Shown: positions 53,015 to 63,369, numbered from the stretch's first letter. The stretch: 64,000 nt of DNA from an uncultured Planctomycetota bacterium (GCA_963848825.1 CAWKFA010000015.1:1837608-1901607), one strand, 5' to 3'. Numbers and translations are program-made. The notes: generated by a model from the sequence alone, not told the origin.

Positions 53015-53611
53015 TTGGTGGACGGCATGAATCCAGGACCTGAGCGCCAATACGAACGGCCTTATTCCCTGGTCGCGGGGCTTTTGAGTTACCTGGTGCC
53101 CGGGCTGGGACAGATATCGCAGGGGCGCACCGGCAAGGGATTGCTGTTCATGGTTTGCCTACTTAGCTTGTTCCATGTCGGCGAGGCGATGGGGAACTGG
53201 CAAAACGTTTATGTGCCCACCGAAGAGGTCCCCGGCCAGCGCGGCGGCAACCCGATTCGCAATATCGTCAATCAGCGCTGGCATTTCGCGGGCCAGATGT
53301 GGATCGGCGTGGCCGCCTGGCCCGCCATCTGGCAGTTTTATAATGTCACCGAACCGGTGGACGACACCGCCTCCTTCTGGCGCAGCTACCAGCGGCAGCC
53401 GAAGGAAGGGCGGATCGACGAAGCGGGTACGGTGAATGAGTTTTTGGTCAATAGCGACAAAACGCCGGACCTTGGCTGGATCTACACGGTGATCGCTGGC
53501 ATGCTGAACGTCCTGGTGATTTACGATGCCTTCGCCGGCCCCGCCTACGGGCCACGCCTGCCGCGCGAGGGCAAGGACCAGCCGTCCGCGCCGGAGGCCG
53601 TACCCTCATGA
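53015..53611 (+). CDS. hypothetical polytopic membrane protein
   Basis: 198 aa with about 4 TM segments. Confidence 0.5.
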   Translation: MVDGMNPGPERQYERPYSLVAGLLSYLVPGLGQISQGRTGKGLLFMVCLLSLFHVGEAMGNWQNVYVPTEEVPGQRGGNPIRNIVNQRWHFAGQMWIGVAAWPAIWQFYNVTEPVDDTASFWRSYQRQPKEGRIDEAGTVNEFLVNSDKTPDLGWIYTVIAGMLNVLVIYDAFAGPAYGPRLPREGKDQPSAPEAVPS

Positions 53612-53892
53612 TCCCCTTCGCCCTTGGCGCCATTAACATGTATTTCCAGTTGCCGGTGCTGATCGTGGTCATTAGCCTGGTCTACAGCGGCACGCGCTAC
53701 GATGCGTGGGATAGCATTCTTCACGAGGCCGTGCGCTGGGGCGGGCGCATGGCGCTGTTTCTGGTGGGCATCGGCGTCGTTTTATATCTGATCGCCAGCT
53801 TTCCGATAACCACGGTTCTGCTCGTGCTGGCCCCGGTAGCGATCGTGTTCGTCGTCTATGTCCTCATGAGTGAGCGGTCCACAGGGCCCTGA
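53608..53892 (+). CDS. small membrane protein (94 aa, about 3 TM), translationally coupled (ATGA) to the preceding gene
   Basis: MIPFALGAINMYFQLPVLIVVISLVYSG... Confidence 0.5.
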   Translation: MIPFALGAINMYFQLPVLIVVISLVYSGTRYDAWDSILHEAVRWGGRMALFLVGIGVVLYLIASFPITTVLLVLAPVAIVFVVYVLMSERSTGP

Positions 53893-53930
53893 GCTTTTGA
53901 AGACTTTCGTGTAACCCATCTCCGCAGGCC

Positions 53931-55251
53931 ATGGCCATGGCGTCCCCTCCGGAAAACGATGCTCGTTTTCGCTGGCAAACACTGTTTCAGCATGCTACTG
54001 GGCCCATTTTTCTCCTCAATCGTCGTCGCCGGATCCTGTTTGTCAACCGGGCCTGGGAAACGCTTACGGGGTTGACGCTCGCGGAAGTGAAGGGGCAGGT
54101 ATGCCGGCGCCGGCCGCGCGGTATCTTGGCGGAGAAGATCGAACTCTTGCTTGGCGCCCTGGCCCCTCCCGCGGAAGCCATGGAGGGGCAAGCCACGCAG
54201 TCCCGCCGGCTCGTGCCTTCCGGTAACGCGCCGGCTTGCTGGGACATTGCTTTCTTTCCCCTTAACGGCAACGCCGGGCTCGTCGGCATCCTTGGCGGCA
54301 TTCAGGTCATTCCACGCCCGGAAACACCGGCGGGCCCGCCGCTCTCCGAAAAGATGCTGGCTTTGCGTCAGCGTCATCTCGAGCATTATCGTCTCGAGCA
54401 CCTGATCGGCGCCGGTCCCGTCCTTACCCGTTTGCGCAGCAAATCCGCCTGGCGGCCCAGACGCGCTTGCCGATCCTTCTCGTCGGGGCACGCGGCACGG
54501 GCAAGCAATGGGTGGCGCGGGCCATTCATTTGCTCGGACCGGACCATGAAAAACCATTCGCCTGCCTGAATTGTGCTCATCTTCCGCCCCAGGCGCTCGA
54601 GTCGCTGCTGTTCGGCACCGGCCAGGGTGCGCCGCTGGCCGGCCTCTATCTGCAAAATATCGCCGCCTTGCCGCGTGACCTGCAGGAACGCCTGCAAGCC
54701 CGTCTGGAAGCCGAGGGAGAGGTGTCGCCGCGCTTTTGTGCCGGCGTGATGGATGATCCCCAGGAAGCCGTCCGCCTGGGAAAACTTGTCGAAGGCCTTT
54801 ATTGCCGGCTCAGTACACTGAGCATTGAACTGCCGACTCTCAAGGAACGCATGGAGGATTTTGACGCCTGGGCCGACCACTTCTTGGCCCGCGCAACCGC
54901 GCCGGCGACCGGCAAGTGCAGGGCGTGAGCGCCGAAGCCGTGCAGGTCCTGCGAGCGCATGCCTGGCCGGGAAATTTGCGGGAGCTCCACGAAGTGCTGC
55001 GCGCGGCCTGCTTGCGAGCCCGGGGCGAGCGGATCGAGCTTGGCGACTTGCCTTTCCACCTGCGCCAGGGGCCCATGCCCGAGATCAAGCCGCTGTCGCT
55101 CGATGCCATTTTGGAGCAGGTGGAACGGCGTCTGATTACCCATGCCTTGAAGCTCGCTGCCAATAACAAAAGCCGGGCCGCGGAGTTACTCACCATCTGG
55201 CGCACCCGCCTGTTGCGGCGGCTGGAAAACCTGGACATCAAGGACCAGTAA
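53931..55251 (+). CDS. PAS-domain / AAA+ (sigma-54 activator-type, GAFTGA-less) / Fis-type HTH transcriptional regulator; frameshifts near 54440 and 54910
   Basis: PAS (PIFLLNRRRRILFVNRAWETLTGL), AAA+ (PILLVGARGTGKQWVARAIH...), C-terminal HTH (NNKSRAAELLTIWRTRLLRRL). Confidence 0.65.
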
Positions 55252-55260
55252 GGGCCCGCC

Positions 55261-55641
55261 ATGCAGCGCGCACAAATTCTTGTTTTTGGTTTGGAAGGGC
55301 GTTTGGCGGACCTCTTGCAAGAGCTAGGCCAGGAGCGCTCGTTCTGGGTCCGCGACGTTCGTCATGTCAAGACCTGCCTCAATTTGCTGCGCCAGGGCGG
55401 CGCCGATGTGCTCGTGCTCCGGCTGGGCAAAAACATCGATCAGGAACTGGCGTTGCTGGAGCAGGTTGGGCTACTCTTTCCCGCCACGAAGTCGATCGTG
55501 GTGGGCCCGGCGGACAATCCACCGCTGGCCGGCCTGGCCTGGGACCTTGGCGCGGCTTATGTTCTCTTTCCTCCGCGGCCGCTCGAAAGCATTCGAGACA
55601 TCGTCCTGGGCTTTATGTCCGCGTCCGTGGCGCCGACTTAA
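55261..55641 (+). CDS. hypothetical protein with receiver-like (pseudo-receiver) fold
   Basis: ILVFGLEGRLADLLQEL...ADVLVLRLG pattern; weak. Confidence 0.3.
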   Translation: MQRAQILVFGLEGRLADLLQELGQERSFWVRDVRHVKTCLNLLRQGGADVLVLRLGKNIDQELALLEQVGLLFPATKSIVVGPADNPPLAGLAWDLGAAYVLFPPRPLESIRDIVLGFMSASVAPT

Positions 55642-55659
55642 TCGGTGGGCGGTGCCTCC

Positions 55660-55956
55660 TTATCGACCAGGCTCATCGCCAGCGCTTGCGTGGGACAAAC
55701 GAGCGCAGCATACGGAGCAGCCGATGCAGTCGCCTGGCCGAGGCATCCAGGGTACCGCCCCGCGCATGGCCAGACAATCGGTGGGACAAAGGTCACAGCA
55801 CAGGCCGCACCCCGTACAGGCCGCATCGTTCAAGACGGGAACTTCGAGCCAGGACCAGGGCGCGCGTGCCGCGTGTGCTGCGGTGGGATGGGTCATAAAT
55901 ACTCGGATAATTCGAGCCTCGCCAAAAGCGGGGCCGAGGCAATTGAACTCGCGCAT
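55660..55956 (-). CDS. 2x[4Fe-4S] ferredoxin-like protein
   Basis: CTGCGLCCDLCP and CIGCSVCC cysteine motifs. Confidence 0.6.
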   Translation of the reverse strand: MREFNCLGPAFGEARIIRVFMTHPTAAHAARAPWSWLEVPVLNDAACTGCGLCCDLCPTDCLAMRGAVPWMPRPGDCIGCSVCCARLSHASAGDEPGR

Positions 55957-56030
55957 GAAAAACCCACGGGTTTGATGCCGTGGGCTTTCGATGTATACTG
56001 AGCTGGCAGCCAATTCCCGTGGGCAAGGAG

Positions 56031-56399
56031 CTACTTCTTTTCAGGTGCTTTCTTGTCGTCCTTGGGCTCGCCCTTGGCGTCCTCGCCAATAAAGATCTTG
56101 GTGGCTTTCTCTTTTTGCTCGGCCGTCAATATCTTCACCATCTCCTGACGTTCCTGTCCCTTGGTTTCCTTGATCTGATCTTCGAGCAACTTCACTTTCG
56201 CCTTGTAGACGCCGTGAATCTCACTGACTTTGACTTGTTGCTCTTTTGTTAGAGCCAAATCTTTCCAGCCTGGCGGCAAATAGGTTTTCGTTTTGGCTGG
56301 CGGGGCATCGCCTTTCTTGGCGTCTTGCGACGATCCCGTGCCGACCAGCACCGCCATTCCAAGAATGACCATCCCGGCAAATGTGCTGCAACGAAACAT
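56031..56399 (-). CDS. secreted Spy/CpxP-like (LTxxQ motif) periplasmic protein
   Basis: Signal peptide; LTKEQQVKV and LTAEQKEKATK motifs; Lys/Glu-rich. Confidence 0.5.
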   Translation of the reverse strand: MFRCSTFAGMVILGMAVLVGTGSSQDAKKGDAPPAKTKTYLPPGWKDLALTKEQQVKVSEIHGVYKAKVKLLEDQIKETKGQERQEMVKILTAEQKEKATKIFIGEDAKGEPKDDKKAPEKK

Positions 56400-56801
56400 A
56401 CAGATTTCTCCAAAAAACTGGGGTTTTCTGTCCTTAGATAGGTAAGGTATCCGTTTGCTATTCCCGGAATATTAAAGCTGCGCCTGGGCAACGGCAACAA
56501 AAATCGCCTTTTTTTGTGTTTTTTTGTGCGATTTCCTTCAAAATGTGCCTACTTTCGCCACCTGTCCTCTAATACGCGCAGGCTCCGCATTGGCGGCGTT
56601 TTAAAGTGCGCCAGCGAAAAATCAGAAAAATCGTTAAAACCGGCCGCCTGCCGGAAAACTTGACCTATAGTTGCCGTGAAGCTCTTCGCGTGAAGAGCGA
56701 TCCTCGACAAGGGTAAACCCGTCGTAAGGCGGGGCGCAAAACCATGGGTCCGGTAGCCAGGCGCTGGCGATCGGATTGCCAGGTTGCCGAAAGGAAAAGT
56801 C

Positions 56802-56984
56802 ATGCGGAAGTTTGCAGAACAAGTTGTGCGATTCCTGGAACGTGAAGATGGCCCCACCGCGGTGGAATATGCCGTCATGCTGGCGCTGATTATCGTGGTG
56901 TGCATCACCGCGATCACGGCCCTGGGCACCAACGCCAACAAGACGTTTACGAGCGTCTCCAACACCATTGGCGGCGCGAGCTAA
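56802..56984 (+). CDS. flp: Flp family type IVb pilin
   Basis: MRKFAEQVVRFLEREDGPTAVEYAVMLALIIVVCITAITALGTN... canonical Flp prepilin (G/XXXXEY processing motif). Confidence 0.75.
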   Translation: MRKFAEQVVRFLEREDGPTAVEYAVMLALIIVVCITAITALGTNANKTFTSVSNTIGGAS

Positions 56985-57145
56985 GGCGCACGGCGCCTGG
57001 GTTTCCTGGCCAAATTCGCGAGGACTTGGCTTGCGTCCCGGTGCGAGCTCGGCTACCCACTCGGCGCCGTATCGGAAGCCTCGGCCCGGTTTTCAACCGG
57101 GCCGAGGCTTTTTTGTCGTCAGAATTAATCACTTTTCCAGCACGG

Positions 57146-58512
57146 CTACGCGCACCGCGATGACCTGCGCCGCGCAGCTGGCGGGAAACCTGCATGTCCG
57201 TCATCTTCTTCGCTCACTGGCCTGGTCCGGCGCCGCTGCGCCCACAAATGACCAAGGGCGACGGCCAACAAAAGCAGCGACACGATCATTGGTACGCCGG
57301 CCTCGCGTCGCCCTTCCCAGACAGGAATGGACGGTAGGGCGTAGCCGATGCCGGCCACCACCAGCAGGACCATCATGGCCGGTCGGCCCAGCAAGGTGCC
57401 CGGTCGGCCCTGCAGAGAAAGTGCCAGCAGGCCAATGACCAGCGGCAGGGCCTTGGAAAAATAATGCAGGTGAGAAACCGGCGTCACCAGGGTCATGACC
57501 AACAGCAAAGACCCCAGGAAGAGCAGGCAGCGAACAGGGTCCTGGTCCGGGCGCCAGCCAGCAGCCAAAAGGACCAGCAGCGTGAGACTGCCGCTAATAA
57601 TCCAGTGTGCGGTGCGCGTCCAGGCTTGCGGCTGTCCGGGCCTGCTTTGCAGCCGGCCCCAGTACTGGTAGTTGTGCAAGGTGGCCTGGAACGACTGATT
57701 GTCGGTGGCGGTGATGTTGGTGAGTTCCTCGGCCCGTCTTTGGTCGCCCCCCTTGCCCAGGCCAGGATGCAACACGGCGTCAATCATTTGCTGATTTAGG
57801 CTCCACGTTTCCGGAATCCCCCAGTACAGCGCCGGGATGAGGAACAGGCCCAGCGCAGACCCACAGCGGCGCCTGCCAGCCCCCGGCCATCGCGCCGCCA
57901 TAGCGGGAAGAGCAGCAAATAGGCGGGAATGACTTTCACGCATATCGCGGCCGCCAACCACATTCCCGAGCGAAATCGCTGGCCTTTCATCAGCGCGGCA
58001 AACGCGCCCGCCACAAACAAAATGATGAACAGGTTCACCTGGCCGCGCGACAAAGTGCCGCCGATTTGCACCAGACAGAGCAAAATGGGGATGATGCGGT
58101 CAAACCACCAGCGGCGACAGCCAGCCCGCATCGTGCGAATTGAAGGGTCGGGGGATGCGCACCTCCAGCGCCGCGGAAATCCAGTGTACCGCCAAAAATA
58201 AACAAACCAGGCTGAGGACATACCAGACGATGACGGAGACCGGCCAGGGCAGCATCAGGTTGCGTTCGGCGCCCGCCGCGCATCCGCGAGCGGCGTCAAG
58301 GCGAGCGCGACGATCGGCGGGTAGCAATAATGCCAGCCGTTATCGTCGGCAATGGTATAGGGATCCTCGCCCACGCGTGCGGCCCAGGCTGCCCGCAAAT
58401 AAACGCCTAGATCAGTCTGGCGGTTGGGCATGTAAACGCAGCGTATCTCGAGGATAATTCCAAAGATGATCAGGACAGTAAAGAATCCGCCCAAGCCAAG
58501 GCGTTCCCACAA
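57146..58512 (-). CDS. GT87/DUF2029-like polytopic glycosyltransferase; at least 3 frameshifts (ORFs 58255-58512, 58100-58327, 57796-58221, 57146-57961)
   Basis: DLGVYLRAAWAARVGEDPY...GWHYCYPP motif typical of DUF2029; many TM segments spread over four overlapping frames. Confidence 0.5.
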
Positions 58513-58682
58513 CTTCAGAGGAGCAATATCTGTTCGAGGCGCACGCGGAGTCCATGCCGTTGCTCCCTAAATAAACGTGATGAGAGCCCGAACGATAGGA
58601 AAAGTGCGTGGGGAAGGCAAGACCAACCCGGGGTTCGGTGTCTCACGTTTAGGAAGGTTGACCCAACGGAGTACGCTATTAG

Positions 58683-58719
58683 CGGCGGGTCAGCGCGAGT
58701 ACGCTCGGCACCGCCCTAC
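58683..58719. repeat. solo copy (33/37) of the MITE terminal inverted repeat
   Basis: cggcgggtcagcgcgagtacgctcggcaccgccctac vs cggtgggtcagcgcgagtacgctcgacgccaccctac. Confidence 0.6.
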
Positions 58720-58911
58720 ATGCCGGCTGTAGCCCTAACTCATTTCACTCGTTTCACACCTCTCGCGGGGCAGGTGAAATGTGAAACGTGAGCTCGGCCT
58801 GTGGTCAGGCAAGGGGGAGGCCGCATTGCCCTGGACAAAAGGGCCCTTGAAGGTTATTTCCCAGCGCTTTTCACGTTTTGCCCTGTCGATGCCGGAAAGC
58901 GAAGTGTGGCG

Positions 58912-59619
58912 ATGGCGCGAGTTATGGTTTTGCTGGGACTGGTGGCTGTTGGCGGCTGTTTTTCTCCCTCTGGTCAAGATGGCGACCGGGTTTCGTTGGT
59001 TTCCAACAACCCATTTGGGCTGGAAGCACCCGCCGCGGCGACGACGCACGCCAGCTATACGCAGGCATCTCAAGAGATATCCTTGCGCGTTGACAAACTG
59101 GGCAAGGATTTGATCGAGGCCAACAAGGAAATCGGCGTGCGGCCCCTTTTCGGCACCATCGGCTCGGAGAAAGCTGAGGTATTTCACGTCGGCACCAGGA
59201 TCGTCTACGTGACTTCCGGCCTCGTCAACCGTTGCTCGTCTAGCGCGGAGCTGGCGGCGGTTTTGGCCCTTGAGCTCGGCAAAATGGTAGCCGAGCGCGA
59301 AGCGCACACAAGTCCCGAAGTTCGCTCTCCGGAACAGCGCCCCCCCATACGATTGCCTGTGGGCAATGGTGTCGGGCCTGGCCAGCCCGACCTCACGGCG
59401 GTTGCCGAATTAGGACGTTTCGAAAGCGCAAACCCAAAAACGCTGCGCCCGACGCCCCGTCCCGATCCCCAAAAGCTGGCCCGGGCTTATCTGGAGAAGG
59501 CTGGCTATCAGGCCGCCGATCTGGAGACCGCCGCCCCGGTGCTTCACGAGGCTGAAAAGAACATCGGCCTGGAAAATCAATTCAAGGGTACGCTGCCGCA
59601 ATCTCCCTCGGCGCCTTAA
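58912..59619 (+). CDS. hypothetical lipoprotein
   Basis: MARVMVLLGLVAVGGC lipobox-like signal; the ORF track starts at 58801. Confidence 0.45.
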   Translation: MARVMVLLGLVAVGGCFSPSGQDGDRVSLVSNNPFGLEAPAAATTHASYTQASQEISLRVDKLGKDLIEANKEIGVRPLFGTIGSEKAEVFHVGTRIVYVTSGLVNRCSSSAELAAVLALELGKMVAEREAHTSPEVRSPEQRPPIRLPVGNGVGPGQPDLTAVAELGRFESANPKTLRPTPRPDPQKLARAYLEKAGYQAADLETAAPVLHEAEKNIGLENQFKGTLPQSPSAP

Positions 59620-59754
59620 AGAGGCCGTCTGGTTCTGGCCTGATTCAATCAATTCGGTAAGACAATCGTTAGCGACCTATAAAAGCGGGGACAGGACCTG
59701 TGCTTTGAGAGGTCCCTTCTTAATTTCCTGGCACCCTGGCTTTCCTGGTTTTTC

Positions 59755-60843
59755 ATGAAGTCCCTGCGCGTTCAACTCGCCGAACGAAGTTACGATATTG
59801 TCGTCACGCGTAACGAGCTGGATGGCGTCGGCGCGTTTGCACGTTCACGCTGCAAGGGCAGCAGTGCGCTGATCATTGCGGACGAAAAAGTGGCCGCGCA
59901 CGCGGCACTCGTGCAAAAAAGCCTCTTGGCCGCCGGCTTTCAGGTGGCGCTGGCCTTACGCCCGTCCGGCGAGGCTCAAAAGTCGCTGCACGTGGCCGCC
60001 GAGCTCTACGACAGGCTCATCGCGCTGCCGGCCGATCGCCGCACCCTCGTCGTGGCTGTCGGTGGCGGGGTCGTCGGCGACCTGGCGGGCTTTGTCGCCG
60101 CCACTTATGCCCGCGGCCTGCCGCTGTTGATGGTCCCGACCACCTTGTTGGCGATGGTGGACAGCTCGGTCGGCGGCAAAGTCGCCGTCAATCATCCGCG
60201 CGCCAAAAACATGATTGGCGTCTTTCATCAGCCGATCGGCGTCTGGATCGATACGTCCACGCTGGATACCCTGGCGGACCGGGAATACCGCAGCGGCCTG
60301 GCCGAAGTGGTCAAGTATGGCGTCATCCTCGACGCCGATTTCTTTGCCTATCTCGAAAGCAACGTGACGTCCATCCTCAAGCGCGACGCGATGGCCGTCG
60401 AGCGCATGGTCTTGCGGTCGTGCGAGCTCAAGGCCGACGTGGTGGCCAAGGACGAACGGGAGGAGACGGGCCTGCGCACGGCGCTTAACTATGGCCACAC
60501 CTTCGCCCATGCCTTCGAAACCGCGGCCGGCTATGACGGTTGGTTGCACGGCGAGGCGGTCAGCGCGGGGATGGCCTGCGCCAGCCGGCTCGCGCTGCGA
60601 CGGGGCCTGATTGGGCGGGACCTGGCGGATCGTCAATTTCGCCTCCTGACTGCGTTTTCGTTGCCGACGGTCCCTGAATTTTGGGACATTGAGGCCCTGT
60701 TGGCCACAATGCGCACCGACAAAAAAGCGGTGGCTGGCCGCCTGCGTTTCATTCTTCCACGCGGGCTCGGCGAGGTGGCCCTCTTCGATGACGTTCCCGA
60801 GGACGATGTCCGCGCAACGTTGCGGGAAACGATGACACCATGA
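59755..60843 (+). CDS. aroB: 3-dehydroquinate synthase
   Basis: GGGVVGDLAGFVAATYARGLPLLMVPTTLLAMVDSSVGGKVAVNHP... Confidence 0.9.
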   Translation: MKSLRVQLAERSYDIVVTRNELDGVGAFARSRCKGSSALIIADEKVAAHAALVQKSLLAAGFQVALALRPSGEAQKSLHVAAELYDRLIALPADRRTLVVAVGGGVVGDLAGFVAATYARGLPLLMVPTTLLAMVDSSVGGKVAVNHPRAKNMIGVFHQPIGVWIDTSTLDTLADREYRSGLAEVVKYGVILDADFFAYLESNVTSILKRDAMAVERMVLRSCELKADVVAKDEREETGLRTALNYGHTFAHAFETAAGYDGWLHGEAVSAGMACASRLALRRGLIGRDLADRQFRLLTAFSLPTVPEFWDIEALLATMRTDKKAVAGRLRFILPRGLGEVALFDDVPEDDVRATLRETMTP

Positions 60844-60900
60844 CCGACGAGCCGGCCTTGGTTCCGCTGTAGGCCTCGCTCCCCACAGAGATTCACGGTG

Positions 60901-62008
60901 ATGCAGCTCTCCAGTGAAGAACGCGATTGGCTTGCCTTGCACCTGGTCCCGGGCATCGGGCCGCGGCTGACTGCCGCCTTGCTCGAACGCTTTGGCACCG
61001 CCCACGGAGTGTTGCACGCGTCGGCCGATGCCCTCGCCGCCGTTCCCCATTTACCCGCCGCCACTGCCCAAACAATCAAAAAATCCCTCGCCTCGCGCGA
61101 CGTCGATGCCGAGCTCGAGTTGATGGATCGCCACCAGGTCAGGATGGTGCGCCTGGGAACGCCAGACTATCCGGCGACGCTCGCCACCATTGATGTGCCG
61201 CCAAAATTCCTCTATGTGCGCGGCACGCTTACGCCAGGGGATGCCATCGCGATCGTCGGTTCGCGTGCCTGCACTTCTTATGGCCGGCGCATCGCCGAAC
61301 AGCTGGCTGGCGATCTGGCACGTGCGGGCTTTACCATTGTCAGCGGCCTGGCCCGCGGCATTGATGGCTGCGCTCACCGTGGCGCGCTGGATGCCAAGGG
61401 CCGAACGATTGCCGTCCTCGCCGGGGGCCTGTCCAAAATCTATCCACCCGAGCATGCGGATTTGGCCCAGGCCGTGTCGGCCTCCGGCGGCACTGCGTGA
61501 CCGAATCGCCGATGCGCATGGAGCCAATGGCCGGCATGTTTCCGCGCGCAATCGCATCATCAGCGGCATGTGCCGTGCGATTGTGCTGGTGGAGGCCAAT
61601 GAGAAAAGCGGGGCGCTGATTACCGCCCGTCATGCAGCAGAACAGGGCCGCGAGGTCTTCGCCATTCCGGGGCCAGTGGACAGCACGGCGAGCGCCGGCA
61701 CCTTGAAACTATTGCGCGATGGCGTCAAGCTGATTCGCCACGCACGCGACCTTCTCGATGACCTGCAAACGCTGGCGCCCCTGTTCTCGACCCGCTCCGA
61801 ACCTGAAGCAATCGCGCCCCAGGGCCCGGCGCAAGCACCGCCGGGCCTTGATGAACCCCAGCGCAAGCTCTGGGATTTTCTCGCGGAGACGCGGAACGTC
61901 GATGATCTTGCCCGTTACCTCGGCCTGAGCACGGCCTGCGCTCAGCGGTATGCTCATGACCCTGGAAATGCGAAGAGCCATCCGACGGCTGCCGGGAAAT
62001 ATGTATGA
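60901..62008 (+). CDS. dprA: DNA processing protein DprA (Smf); frameshift near 61490-61530
   Basis: N-terminal SAM-like domain, Rossmann GSRACTSYGRRIA...GLARGIDGCAHRGAL; C-terminal FPRAIASSAACAVRLCWWRPMRKAGR... is out of frame for ...FPRRNRIISGMCRAIVLVEA... Confidence 0.8.
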
Positions 62009-62080
62009 GAGATTTTAAAAGCAGCCGCCAGCACGCTGTGAAATATTCTGACTTCTGCAAGCAAAAATCTGAAACCTTCC

Positions 62081-63310
62081 CTATCCTGCTTTTTGCAACA
62101 ACAAACAAGTATTGCTGCCGCCGAAACCAAACGAGTTGGAGAGGGCAATGGTCACCGGTCGCTCTTGAGCGTGATTGGCGACGTGAAGAATAGGGCATTG
62201 GGGGTCGGGATCGTGAAGATTGATGGTGGGCGGCAGGGCTTGCCGTTCGAGCGCCACGATACATGCCAGTGCTTCGAATGCCGCCGCGCCGGTTAGCAGA
62301 TGACCCGTCATGCTCTTGGTGGAACTGACGGGGATGCGGTCGAGCGCGGCGCCGAAGACCGTTTCGAGTGCCCGGCATTCGGCAACATCGCCAAGCGGAG
62401 TTCCCGTGGCGTGGGCATTGATGTAACCGACCTCCTGAGGACCGACCTGTCCATCCGCGAGGGCACCGCGCATGGCATCCGCGGCCGGCCTGGTATCGGA
62501 GCTAGGAATAACCATGTGAAAGGCGTCGCTGGAGGCGCCGAAGCCGGCGACGCGGGCGTAAATCCTGGCTGACCGACGGCGAGCCTGGTCTTCCTTTTCC
62601 AGAACGAATAAAACGCCGCCTTCACCGATCACGAAGCCATCACGCTGCTTATCAAAGGGGCGGCAAGCGCCGCCTGGATCCTCATTACGCCGCGACAGGG
62701 CCCGTAAGTTGGCGAAACCGGCCAGTGTTGTTGGTGTCAGGCCGATGTCGCCGCCGCCTGTCAAGCACACATCGACCCAGCCTAACTCTAGCCAGCGCCG
62801 CGCCAGTGCGATGGCGTAGTTGCCGCTGGCGCAGGCGGCCGACAGGCTCACGACCGGCCCGGACAAACCCAGCGCTTGCCGTGTACGTTGCACGACGGTA
62901 TGGGCGGGCTCTTGCGGTTGCAGGATGCTGTCGCCACCGGCGAGGAAATCCATTTCCCAGAACGTTAGCCATTCCGCCGCTGTCCCCAGCACGATGCCGA
63001 CGCGAATATTGCCGCGCTCGCGCCACCGGTCAGCGTCGCGCAGGGCACTTTCCGCGCACCAGTGAATAAGTTGCTCCATTCTCGGCAACGCCGCGAAGTC
63101 GGCCATTTGAATTGACTCGGGGCAGGGTACGTCGTTGAGCTCGGCGGCGATCTGCGCGGGGTGATCCGTCACCGGGAACCGAGTGATCGGCCGCACTCCC
63201 GAATGGCCATGCAAAAGGCGTGAAGAGATTGCCTGGTAATCATTTCCTAGCGGGGTAGCGGCCCCGATGCCGGTAATACAAATAGCGTCACGGCCCACGG
63301 TCATCCTCAC
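62081..63310 (-). CDS. beta-ketoacyl-ACP synthase II-like (KAS; FabF family)
   Basis: Active-site AACASGNYA, HATGTPLGD and GHLLTGAAA (Cys-His-His). Confidence 0.85.
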   Translation of the reverse strand: MRMTVGRDAICITGIGAATPLGNDYQAISSRLLHGHSGVRPITRFPVTDHPAQIAAELNDVPCPESIQMADFAALPRMEQLIHWCAESALRDADRWRERGNIRVGIVLGTAAEWLTFWEMDFLAGGDSILQPQEPAHTVVQRTRQALGLSGPVVSLSAACASGNYAIALARRWLELGWVDVCLTGGGDIGLTPTTLAGFANLRALSRRNEDPGGACRPFDKQRDGFVIGEGGVLFVLEKEDQARRRSARIYARVAGFGASSDAFHMVIPSSDTRPAADAMRGALADGQVGPQEVGYINAHATGTPLGDVAECRALETVFGAALDRIPVSSTKSMTGHLLTGAAAFEALACIVALERQALPPTINLHDPDPQCPILHVANHAQERPVTIALSNSFGFGGSNTCLLLQKAG

Positions 63311-63369
63311 ATTGCGTCTTTTCCTGCAAACTCAACGCGTTTGTTCCAGGGTCAACCAACCGCCCCCTG

